Assembly: GCA_964035545.1 (NCBI GenBank)
Contig: OZ037772.1
Location: 11,406,818-11,470,817 of the forward strand
Reading direction: 5' to 3'
Length of the DNA: 64,000 nt
Source: Bugula neritina
Lineage: Eukaryota; Animalia; Bryozoa
Below the pieces are notes generated by a model. It saw only the letters and a program-made list of their open reading frames with translations, made no database searches and was not told where the DNA came from. The position numbers were made by a program, and so were the translations under genes. Positions 46,358 to 58,900 of the stretch are shown one piece after another (position 1 is the stretch's first letter; every line of letters begins with the position of its first letter).

Positions 46358-49300
46358 TTACTTCTTTTTACTTGACAGAGACTGAGGGGACACCTGAGGA
46401 GGGGAGGATGGAGGGGAGGGGGTGGACGAATGGGAACTTTTATTCCCAGCTAGAAACACCGGATTTGATACTTCCATTTCTCCAGCCTGAAACAAGAAAT
46501 CAAGAGAAAGTTAAACATGTTTTGCCTTCAGAGTTCACTGGAAATGTATGTGTACGCTAAGGCATGTTAACCTTGACATTTCCACATTTTAGTACAGGCA
46601 CTATGGGTAGCTCACTAACAGGAGGGGGGGGGACACTGTAGACTGAGAACTTAGTACACAGATAAATACTTACGGGGGCGAGGCCGGGACACTCGTAGAC
46701 TGTGTAGTTGCCATCTTCGTTCTCTTCCCCGTCATCCAAATCAGACTCGTCTTGTTTGCTGTTCTCTGACCTGAAAAAACGGCAGCACTTGACTAAACGT
46801 AGCGACAGCGCTTGAATAAACACAACGCAATGTATCACTCCCTATAGGCTATGCTGAAAATATGGGAAGTCAATTCAGGGAAGACTACTCAGTGGAGGTT
46901 ACACTTCTCCAGATACCTATCCCACAGTGCACTAGCTGAGAGTGCTGCAGGTTACACTTACTTCTCCAGATAGCTATCGCACAGTGCACTAGCTGAGAGT
47001 GCTGCAGGTTACACTTACTTCTCCAGATACATATCCCACAGTGCACTAGCTGAGAGTGCTGTATATTACACTTCTCTAGATACCTATCCCAGAGTGCACT
47101 AGCTGAGGGTGCTGCATATTACACTTACTTCTCCAGATACATATCCCACAGTGCACTAGCTGAGAGTGCTGCATATTACACTTACTTCTCTAGAGCCAGC
47201 ATCTGCTGCTTCACCTGCTGGTAGTGGTACATCTGCGCCGACTGAGCGAGTTTACGGTCACCTGATGACTCGCTGCGACTCATGTCCTGACTCCGCCTTC
47301 TCTCCTCTCCGTACACGCTGCCGTAGCCGACGTACTCCGACGGTCGCATGGACTTGCGTATCTTATAGAACCTGCGAGACGGCAGCATATAATATAATAT
47401 GATGGACAGGTTAGTAATATGGATTATGGTGTATATCATACACTGTATTCTCATCTTTCTTGCTATATAACTAAATTATTTTGCGCTGTACTTTAGTAAG
47501 TAAAGGAAGGAATTTTAGGCGAAGGCAGGTTTAAACAAATAACAAGACTGTCAGAGTCTGTACCAGTCTTTCTTCTATTAGATCCAACAAGTATATGGAT
47601 CTAATTTTAAACGGGCAACACAACAGACTACCCAGTCTATCTGTAGACAGGTTACCACAGGAAAGTCTCACAGATGTTGATATTTTAGTGAGCAGTTGGA
47701 GTGGTGAGGGTACTAGAAGAGGAGGTACTAGAAAGGGCGGTACTAGAAGGGGGCGGTGCTAGAGGGGGAGGTATTATAATAAGCGGTACTAGAAGGGGAG
47801 GTACTAGAAGAGGGTGGTACTAGAAGAGGCGGTACTAGAAAAGGGTGGTACTAGAAGAGGAAGTATTAGAAGAGGCGGCACTAAAAGGGGAGGTACTAAC
47901 CTGTACCAGCAAATGCCGGCTATGACCAGACAGACGATGCAGAGAAGAGTTGCTGCCGACACCACACCTGTAAGACATAACATATCATCAGCACAGTGTC
48001 AGAATACAATGTGATGTGACAGATAAGAGCAGGTGTTGCCAAGTGTCTAGTGAGTATGCATTGAATGAATATACCAGAACAGGGAGACAACTACAGCGTG
48101 TAAAGACTATTTAATTGCAGTAATTACTAAAATATAATAACAGGTAACATAATACTATACCATATAGTACTGTATAATACTGTACTATATACTATGATAC
48201 ATGCTGTGTTATGTAATACTATAAAATATAATACTATAATCTATACAATAAATTACTATGTAATACTTTACTATGAGTAGTCTAGATAAAGCAAAGGAAC
48301 TTTCAAGTAGCCACTCAGACTCACTGTATACTAATTATTGCTGATAAAGAGAATATTTATTAAAATATAAAGAGTTGTCCCATCTCTGACTGAGCCAGTA
48401 ACACTGTGTCACATGTTAGCCTACTATGCTAGTAAACACCTCAACATTAGGTCGTGGTTTGAGATGCAACAGTACAAATCTAATCCTTTTAATCTCTTCT
48501 CATAAATCAGGGTTTTAAGATGCTGGAGCAATAAACATGTGTTTGAGTTGGGTGGACAACAACCCCCCCCCACTTTCTTCACTTCTACTAAGGCTAATAA
48601 TATCTGTAACTAACACCAATAACAACAGCCACTGTGGCACAGAGGTGTTGCAAGGTAGCTTAAGGGCAAACAGACTAACCGTGTGATTATCAATATTACA
48701 TGGATGCTTTTCAGAAAATCTTTGATGCATTATTTAGTTTGCTAAGTGAACTTTTAACTAGCTTACAGGGTGAAGGTTATTCTTCACGGAGTTTATAAAA
48801 CTAGGACTAAGCAGTTAGAAAAACTTTAAATGTTTTAAGTTTTGTTAGTAATTTCATTCTGTTCACTTGAACGTTACTTCCTTTTTAAATGAAGGCGCCA
48901 GTAGATTATATGAATATGGAATCACATTAGCACAGAGTATAAAGTATAGAATATAGACTGAAGAGTATATAGTATAGAATATAGACTGCAGAGTATAAAG
49001 TATAGAATATAGACCACAGAGCATAAAGTATAGAATATAGACCACAAAGTATATAGTATAGAATATAGACTACAGAGTATATAGTATAGAATATAGACTA
49101 CAGAGTATATAGTATAGAATATAGACCACAGAGTATATAGTATAGAATATAGACCACAGAGTATAAAGTATAGAATATAGACCACAGAGTATAAAGTATA
49201 GAATATAGACTACAGAGTATAAAGTAAAGAATATAGACTACTGAGTATAAAGTATAGAATATAGACCAAAGAGTATAAAGTACCAAAGAAGATGACGTTA

Positions 49301-52300
49301 CTAAATCCGGAAGAACTGGACGTAACGGATTCGGCAGATGAAGACTGAGTTCCTCCAGCTTTTCCTCTCCCACTGCTTACCGGGGCGGGCATTCGTTTTT
49401 CAACAACTTCCCCTACAATACACAAACCGATAATGAACAAAAATATAGTCAGTTTTTTGTTAGGAATACACAGGGATTCATAGACTACGTTTCCAAGCTT
49501 CCCCGAATGGACTTTTCATTCGGATGTTTGGAAACAGTTGCATGAATGAAAACACAACCATAAGTTTATAGTAGGAGCATCTATTCCCATGAACCACACA
49601 GTGAGAGACAGAAAAACTCAACACAGTATAAAATAAGTTCCTGCATGACAGAGTATACACTGAACTATTGTTAGTATTCAGCTATGCATGGGGTTCATTG
49701 TTACACTGAGTATAGCACACCTGGAGAGCTACTAAACTTAAACTAGCTGCACTCACATGGAATGGCTGGGCATTAATGCTTCAGTACTTTTCCCTCCTCT
49801 GAATTGAAGCATGAATTTTAAAGACTAAATAGTGAAGTAAGTATGAGAGAGCAAATGGGGGAGCAGATACAGGAGTGTAGATAGAAGGGGGGATGATTCC
49901 CATTATTTTGAGGACTACAGTAACAGCAGTATAGTAAGAATTAACATTCAACTATTGAAAATATAAGGATAATTCCATAAAATAAGGTCACAGTGTAAGA
50001 TAAACATTACACCTATGAATGAGGAGAAGGGGGGGCATATGGTGATAATGTGTTCAAAAGGAGAAGGGCCGTAGAATCAGTACCCTTGAGCCAATGAACT
50101 CGCAGCTAATAAGAATACTGCCTTTCTTATGTGCAGGGTGAAACCTCAACAGCCTACAGTGCAGTTTGCTTTGTAAAGAAATAAAACCAGTCATCATATT
50201 TGGAGTTGTTGGTCTACTCGGCAACTGTGGATATGTTAGAAGGGTTACAACTAAATATGCACTACACCAAAAAGTTACTCAAACTCAACTGAAATAACAC
50301 AATAAACACTAGTTAGGCATAGTTTTGTTGTTTTTGAAGCAGCTATAAACAAGTTAGAGTATGGAGAGTTGATATTACATCATCACACTGGACAGGCAGC
50401 GCTGACAGGATGTTCTAAATGTCAAACACTGCAGATCAATAAACAAGTAATCTGTTCACTAAGTAGGAGGGACAGAGCTAATGATGAGCTGAACTAGAGC
50501 TGGGTGTGAACTCAGCAGCAAACCCCCTTCGGGAACATCCCTAAGTCAGCTAATATGTAGAGGCAGCGAGTGGGTTTACACAAGGGAATTACCTCCCCCT
50601 CACACATGTTATCTGTTTACATTACCAGCACTTTAGTTAAGTTTGTCACATGAAGGGGCAAATCAGGTGCTAGAAATAACTTCAAAGATGTAAGCAGGCA
50701 GCTGGTGTGAGTGTGTGTGCGTGCGTGCCCGTAAATAATTAAGTGACAAGAGAGAAAATGGCAGCTTCGTTAACCACCCTGTTTCTCTAATGCAAAGTCA
50801 TGGTTAACGAGGCAATCAGAAAAACACCCTGATAAGCTGCACCCACAGCAGTTTCAACACATGAACTCAGTGCATATTCAACACATGGAAACTCTGTGTA
50901 TATTCAACACATGAACTCAGTGCATATTCAACACGTGAAAAGACAACGCACTGTGTAGCCTCAGTTCTATACTCACCTAATTGCGCCCGAGTAGAGGACT
51001 CCAGTAGGATACCCTGCACCTCTGGTTTAACTTGACCTGTAGTTGAGTCTGTCAAAGTCTCCATGTTGCCGAAGTACGACTCTATCTTTGTTATCAGGTT
51101 GTCCACGACTACAAACAGGAAACAGGCAGTGTACATTGCAGCAGAGGCAAATGGTAAAGATAACATACAGACTTATTAAAAATTTTAAGCACAGCTAAAA
51201 CCCAAACAGATATCTCGAGGTCAAAAGGTCATGCTGGCCAAGAACAAGAGTTGATTATAAAACTCTTGCAATGCATCTAACCCCTAATTAGAAATATATA
51301 TGGTGACAGGAAATAAAGTTATGACAGCAGACGGCTACCCGAACAGAACCAAGAGGAGATAGGTGAGAAAAAGCAGAAGGTAGAAGTTACCCGATTCGTC
51401 CATACAGCGGCCATAGACTTCTATATATGGCACTTTGCAATCCCCGCATTGACCATTGGTGGAGGACGTGCAAACCTCCCGCCTCTTCTGCTCACATTCG
51501 AGGGCAGATGGACAGTCTAAATAGTAAAGCAAGACATTATGGTATGGGGAATCGTTATAGAATACGTTAGTTCATGTATGAGTTGGTTTAAAAACTAGAA
51601 CTAGTGGTGTAAATGTTCAAAGAGCGTAATATATACTGGTACAATATCACAGCCATTAAGCCTCTTTATATAATGTAACCCCAGTAGGTCATGCTGCTAA
51701 TACTAATAATAAACCACTAGCTAGTAGCTAGTAATTACTAACTAGTAACTAATAACTGATACTACTAACTAGTAACTACCAACTGGTAGCTAGTGACTAC
51801 TAACTGCCAACTAGAAACTGCAAACTAGAAACTACTAATTCCCAACTACTAACTAGTAAATAGCAACTGTTGGCTAGTAACTAATTAGTCAACTATCAAC
51901 TAGTAGCTAATAACTACTAACTGTTAGCTAGTGACTACTGATTCTAACTCCCAACTAGTGAACACTAACAACAAGTAACTAAAGAGAAGCCCCAATGCAA
52001 CATCAGGATTCCAAACACAATCAGCAAATTAGGTACACTGATGTAGATTGTGGACAGATTAGGCCGTCTAGTGCAAAGCAATGTCGATTCTACAGGACAG
52101 AGTATACATTAGAGATAGTACTATACAGTGATGCTGAAACTGCAGGCATAACGTCTAGAGGCAGCGCAACGCAATGCAGTGACAACCTCTCACCTGGTTT
52201 ACATATACTGTTTACATTCTCCGTGTAGCCAGGTAGACACGCACCACATCCATACTGTAAGGTGGGTGCAGGCTGCCGGTACACTTTACCACACCGAGCG

Positions 52301-54204
52301 CTGCTTGCTGCCTTCAAACCTGTCAGCATACGAGATTCTTACACTATACAATGCTTATTGTGACTTCTTGTTAAAGTAATAACCAGTGTAACTCAGTACT
52401 TATGTTGTCAACGGATAACTTTGTCAACTACTTTTTTGAAGAAAAAGGTGAAGGCTGTTATTTAAAAATCACACAATTCAGTATCAAGTCAGGCTGAATA
52501 CTAACTGTTGTCAATGGATAGTTTTATCAACTATTTTTTTTAAGTAAAAGGTGAAGGCCGTTATTGAAAGTTATGAGCTCAGGCTAAATACTAAACTGTT
52601 ACTTTTAACTATATCCCCCGAAGAGTATTCCTACTTATTGGAAAAATTGAAGTTAAAACCAACATAATCTATTTTTACAGACTGTTCTGAAAAAAATACC
52701 ATATACAATTTGCAGCTTTAATGACACAAGTTTGAGGGTATTAGGATTGTTGGTCAAAGTACTTGCAGCCACATGCACCAATATCAAATTACGGAATTTA
52801 TATCTGCATGTATTATTTTTGAACTGCAAATGTCAACTTAGAAATTATATTTCAAATGTAAATGCCTCCATAGTTAGTTCTCATTCAGGAAAAGTCTGAC
52901 AAATGTTACTAACAATTTTCTCTAAGTAGTAATTTGGGCAAAAGATGTTTGGAGTTATATTTTCACTTGACTTAAACTACCACTTTACAATACAATTTGC
53001 CCACAATGTTAAAAGATCAATTATCATGCAAAAATAAGTCTTAATTTTTGGATTTGAAAGAAGAGGTTGACAGCTATTAAATACTATTCTAAAGATAACT
53101 AGTGCCATACATGTAGGCCATAACTACTAACACATTTCTTGAAGACTAATTCTTGAAGTTGCAGTTGTCAGTCAAGGGATAAAAGGAACAACTTTACTAA
53201 GTGTTTAAAGTTACCATCGAGATTGTAATAATTATTAATCACTTATACTTATTGATCACTATACAATTGAATATATCAATATTTATATAGGAACAAAATT
53301 CAGTGTGAATGAAATATATGTGCTTTTCCTAAGTAATTTTTATTGTTATTATTACTACTCCAATCAGTATTTCATTGTAATTTAGGCTACTAATTATTAT
53401 TACGATAATGATAAACTGTTAAATTTAATTATATAATAATAATCATAATGTTTAGCTTCACCACTACTGGTCATGCACTCATAGCAGTAACTATAAGTAC
53501 TTACAAAAAACAATAATTATCAATATTGATAAAAAAACACAATTGATGATTGAATAATTGCAGTAAAAATAGAGCGAATCAACCATAAACATAATATTAA
53601 TAGTATTTCAAAAAGTAAAATTCGTTAGTTTAGTGATTATATTTACTGATACTGATAGGCTAATGATTAGACTAGCCTTAGCCATCATCATATGACATAT
53701 TGATATAGTAAGAGTTTAATAATTTTATCATTATGTTAATGTAATCATATCAGTATCACCACAGGATTAATAGTGGATACATACTCTCAGTACTGAGTAC
53801 CGGTACCACTACCATTACCTGTACTCTGTGACTGTGAGTATCACTATCAGACTGAGACTCAGTATCACTATGAGTATGACTATCACTGACACTGATAGCA
53901 TCAGTATGTTAGACTTAGAGTTAGTTTACAATCAAACTGTCTAATTCTACAAACACCACTGTTATTACCGTAAATGTGGCAAGTATTATATCTAAAGTTG
54001 ATCAAACTATAACTATAAGCATTCCTATAAGTATACTCATAATCATAATGTATAGCCATCATATTGAATTTGAAAACACCAACCTGCCAGAGCCGATGCT
54101 GTTAACGCATCCTCGCCATTTACACAGTCACATTGGAAATAACTGAGGAGTATAAGTAGAAAGACGTGTATTTTTAGAAGAGAAATACAAAAATAAATTT
54201 TCAT
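46358..54204 (-). CDS. NPDC1: Neural proliferation differentiation and control protein 1 (NPDC1/CAB-1 family), type I membrane protein, 9 exons, about 370 aa
   Basis: Exons 54204-54084 (signal peptide), 52319-52194, 51516-51391, 51108-50977, 49412-49284, 47967-47901 (TM VVSAATLLCIVCLVIAGICWY), 47371-47186, 46770-46674, 46486-46358. Family motifs GDRKLAQSAQMYHYQQVKQQMLALEK, EENEDGNYTVYECPGLAP and GEMEVSNPVF. Confidence 0.95.
46899..47192. repeat. 55-59-bp minisatellite that includes the NPDC1 exon 7 donor
   Basis: About 5 units of TTACACTTACTTCTCCAGATA...CAGTGCACTAGCTGAGAGTGCTG; on the minus strand several carry GAGAA|GTAAGT. Confidence 0.9.
47705..47900. repeat. 15/18-bp G-rich minisatellite (GGTACTAGAAGAGG) abutting the NPDC1 exon 6 donor
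   Basis: Direct inspection. Confidence 0.85.
48930..49283. repeat. 28-bp minisatellite (AGTATAGAATATAGACCACAGAGTATA(A/T)), about 12 copies, abutting the NPDC1 exon 5 donor
   Basis: Direct inspection; explains the repetitive YILY ORFs. Confidence 0.92.
51700..51980. repeat. Low-complexity ACTAGT/TAACT-rich degenerate repeat
   Basis: Direct inspection. Confidence 0.65.
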
Positions 54205-54239
54205 AATAGCTATGCCAACTTCACCGACTACTCACTACC

Positions 54240-54790
54240 ATTTTAATTGTTAAAAATTGTGTTTACTCTTCAAGTTTGAAGATTTTCTAATTCTACCATA
54301 TGGACGATTAATGAACAGGTACTTGATAGGCTCTTCATTCATGTGACGTCACATTATGAAAATATAGAACTCGTTTATAAATTGAGAGCCCTAAACGCGT
54401 CGTCATATAACCTCATTATTCTCTAGTAAAACGAGGTCTTTTGGGCTGCAGAGATGTGTCGCAGTTTAGTAAAGAAGTTATTAAAAAAAACAAATACGTG
54501 AAGTGGGTGCTAGAACGCCCCAACTGCAAGCTAACTCGAGCCGTAGTACTATTTTCACAAAGTGATAGTTAGTGTAGCATTGTAACGCCACACAGCCTCG
54601 TTTTCGCACACACGATTGTTGCCAGTAGAAACAGTTTCTCTTTTAAAAGTGCGCTTTTACGAGCTTTCTCACTTAGTTGGTAACTCAAAGATTAACTATT
54701 TGAAAAGATCAGGCTCGGTTTATAAGATGACAAGTTGAAAATTACGACCACATGAAAAATTTCTAGGAAAGCGACCCGCATGTATGTATA
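54240..54790. promoter_or_regulatory. Putative bidirectional promoter between NPDC1 and CCDC180
   Basis: CpG-enriched stretch; perfect palindrome ATGTGACGTCACAT (CRE) at 54341-54354; X-box-like GTTGCCAGTAGAAAC at 54618-54632. The CCDC180 ATG exon is preceded by an acceptor (55924-55925), implying an upstream non-coding exon. Confidence 0.6.
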
Positions 54791-55926
54791 AAATTTAAAA
54801 GTATAAAAATTATGATTATCATTGCGCTAATAAATCTAATAATTTTAATTTTATCATATTGATAATTGATATTCTTAGTGATAAAACGGAAATTAAATTG
54901 CTATGATTGTTATTGGTGTCCATGTTATATTTATAATTATGATTAATATAATGTGATTGTCATTATGACCATGAGCAAGATTATAGTTACGCTAATCGTA
55001 ATCCTTACTAAATCAAAATGATTAAGTATAATTATAATGATAATAATTATCATAATCATTTACCATTATCAATATCGTTATGCTATCATAATCATAATCA
55101 ATATCTTAATTTTATGCTTTTTTGGGCTTACATTTAATTTATAGCTGTACATCTAAACTTAAACTTGTAGCTTAAAGTATTATTAGTAATACTAATACTA
55201 CATTTACTACTAACTAAAACTAAAAGTAATACCAATACTAATGTAATAGGTAATAGGTGTACTTATAGTAATCAAATTAAACCATTACTATAAGAATAGG
55301 AATAAGTATTATATTATGATTATATATAAGTATAACTATAAGTGTAATAATAATTGATACACCCTAACAAACCCCCAGGCTTAGGGTTTAAGCTATAAGC
55401 CTTTAACTAATAGTACTAGTAATACTGAATCTAATACTAATAGACAAAAGTTATAGTTACAATAATAATTATATTGCTTATCTTAGCACCATAAAGATAA
55501 ATATGTGAGGTAAACTATAAAAACCAACCTTTTTGCATTTGACTAATTTTTAGATTTTGTCTAAAAATAACATGAAAACTCAAAAAATAATGGTGCATTG
55601 TCTTTGGTTTGCATTTGCTTAACATTAGCAAATTGTTTGGTTATTATTTATAGTGAATTTGATGTTTAATTTGAGTAATATATTCATATTTATACCCATG
55701 TCATACTGATAATCATACCGTGCTATGTTATCACATACTTATACTAATGTTTGTGACAAATAAGTTTATATTTTTACTACATTTAATGCTGTCATTGCTT
55801 AGCATTATGAGTAAACAAAATATAATCACTTATACTAAATATAATTGTTATATTTTGCTTAAGTGATATTCATAATAAGGCTGAAGCTATGATTGTAAGA
55901 TTTTCATTTGAAATATATTTTACAGA

Positions 55927-58900
55927 ATGGCTGAAGCTTTTGAAATCCAGTACCTAGAACACCAAGGGTTGGAGAAGGGGCTACATGTACCGCCCCCACA
56001 AATGGAGTCTTATGTTGATGATTTAAGTGCTAATCAGGTAAAGAAATATAAGATAAGAAAAAATCTGGTGATATCAATACTCATATTATATTAGTGGTGT
56101 AGTGTTGGTGACACAAACAGGGAGGGGGGAAGGTCACCTATTCTATCTATATTGATTGACTAAAGACAGCTCTGTTTCTGTGTCTAGGTTTCTCATCATG
56201 GGATGCGACGACCGCGACACTCTCGCCTAAGGCAGCATTCCAACTTGAGTCCGATGTCCTCTGGGCATGCTCTGTCGTCTAAGAGACTCGCCCAGTCGGC
56301 CACGTCGTCTGCGATTGACATAGAAGGCGAGTCGGCTGTGAAGCCCACCGTGTCTGTTGATATAGTGTCTAGTGGACAGGTCTATAGACAGCTCTTTGAT
56401 GCAGGAGTAAGTAAACCATACAATATATTTATCAAGTTTCTTTCTAACAGACAAAAAATTGCTGTAGAAGTATGTTTCAATGTAGCAGCTGATATTCTAT
56501 TGGTCACATGTTTCTTAGCTGGTATTCTATTGGCTAGATGTTAGCACATGGAGATTGCCCATGTCTATACCTAATATTGTGTGTGTTTAAAATTGAAAAT
56601 AGACTAGTTATCAAAGTTAGTGAATGTTATTTAATTGGCTGCATCATATAAGAGCTGGTCTCCTATTGGCTGCATCATATAAGAGCTGGTCTCCTATTGG
56701 ATTTGGATATATAGGTACAGCTACGTAAGAGGTATGATGAAGGAGTGTCTGATAGAATACAAAAGAATGCTCCGACCATAAAGAATAGGTTTGGGGGAAT
56801 ACCTCTAGTGCACATGTCTCGGGATATGGTGAAAGAGGGGACGGGTATTCTGGGTGTTCGCCAACAGCAGTGGCTCTCAGGCTTTTCTAATGAAGACGAT
56901 GTGGAGAACCCAGTCTTGTACAAGTGAGTGTGTCCTTCACCTTGAGTTGTAAATATTCCTGTTATGTCCCTTCTACATAATTTTTTTTCTGTTGCATTCA
57001 TTTACACTCGATAGAAACTTTAAGCAAAAGAGACTACTGCTAGCTATTAAATAAACATAGTATAACGTTCATTATGAAAGAAAAATATTATACCTAGCTA
57101 TTGTATGCACATAGTATAATACTTGTTATAAAAGAAAGATAATACAGCTACCTGTCATAGGCCCACATAAGGCTCAATATACTATTGTTTTATAATACAC
57201 TGAGCTCTAGACTTCCATACTGTACTTGTAGGTATGAGCAGGAGCAGAGGTTGGGTGAGATGCAGGAAACAGAAGCAGACGTACATCTGAAAGAAGTTAG
57301 AGATCTCCCTGATGATATTGGTCAGTATCCAATCAGCTGATGTACTCAGTGTTTGGTGATGTGAAGTGTAGCAGATGTGTTGATTGATCTCTATGAAATG
57401 TAGTTGATTCATGGATCTCTTTGTATAAATTGTGAAAACTAACAGATAATATAGGGATTTTCCACTGCCATATGCAAGTCAACATTCTTATCTTTCTCGC
57501 AGACGTTGTGGTAATCTCTCACTGAGCAGCACTTTTGAAACGAAGTTGTGGAATAGTTTGCATTTAGTTGAAAATTGTTTTATGTAACAATATGGTCTTT
57601 TGTGAACTAAATAGTTATTAAGATAAAATAAACAAGAAATTCAATTAAATAATACATCAGCAAGGCTTCTATTTTAGATTTGTCTACCCTTTACCAAAAA
57701 ATAAATATTTAGATAACACATCATACAAGTGCACCTAGTATTGTCAGATCAAATTGACATTCTTTGATCACACTCTAAATATTAATATTCTATCCGCTGT
57801 ATTGCAGTGTGCAAGAAGACGGGCTCTGATATTATGCAAAAGATTCACAAAAGTCGCGAGGAGAAACATGAGTGTGCGTTGGACGAGATGCACCAGGAGT
57901 TGCTCATGATATCTGATGTGAGGCAGCCATTTTGTTTCTACTGAGCTATAGTGTTATATATTAGTCAATTTGATTTAGTTGGCGATATTATTAGTTAATT
58001 GATGAAATTTGACTACCCAAGTTTAGTAATAAATCAACACACAACATATTTGCCACACTGGCAGTTTTGTTTACACCATCAACCTCTAGTAATCAAGATA
58101 TAGCTAGATGTTTTAAAGATGTGGATTTTAATATCACCATAGTCTTTGTTAGTTGCAGTAATTTCAATCACAATAATTAGATACATTTAACACAGAAAGC
58201 TGGTAATTGGTCACATGACTACCTAGTTATTCAGTCGATGGTATCATATTCTATCAAATCGACCAACTGACTAGCTGTAAAGAGTACAGCTGTTTACTCT
58301 GTCTACCACCAATTTATTGAGAGCTCTATACACCATCCCACTCTTCTACCTTTTAGGAGCTGGAACCCAAGGTGGAGCGAGCTGGTGCTAATCTAATAGA
58401 CAAACTAACCGAAGATGAACAGGAGTTAGCTTCTCTTATCTTGGAAATTGACGACTCAGAAGTATGGGGATATTCTTGCTAGTTATTGAATGCCTATTCA
58501 TTTATCATCAAACTATCTATCTTTTCATTTACACAAGTTATTTCTGGTTTCAATTTACAAATATCAGCATCACATACATTTTTAACTATTGGCCATTTGG
58601 CAAAACCAACTAGATTTTTTGACATTTTGTTTGCAAAGGTAAACAGTTTTACTGATTCAACTTAAGATTTTATCTCCCTTGTCCTGCTAATTTTCCATTA
58701 TTTTCTGTCTTGACCTTGACATTGCTTAATGACAGAAAATTCTATTATTTCAGAAGCTTCTGTCTCACACCCAGCCTGAGTTGAAGGAACTCTGGGATAG
58801 GATACAGACCAAGTCGTCTGCTAGACGTCTGTGGATAAAGAACACAATCTCTATGTTGAACAAGATAGAGGATGAGAGGTCTGAGAAGGTAGGCAGTGTA

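Noticed and set aside
48863-49373. Tyr/Ile/Leu-rich ORFs
   Set aside because: Translations of a 28-bp intronic minisatellite; only 49412-49284 is a real NPDC1 exon.
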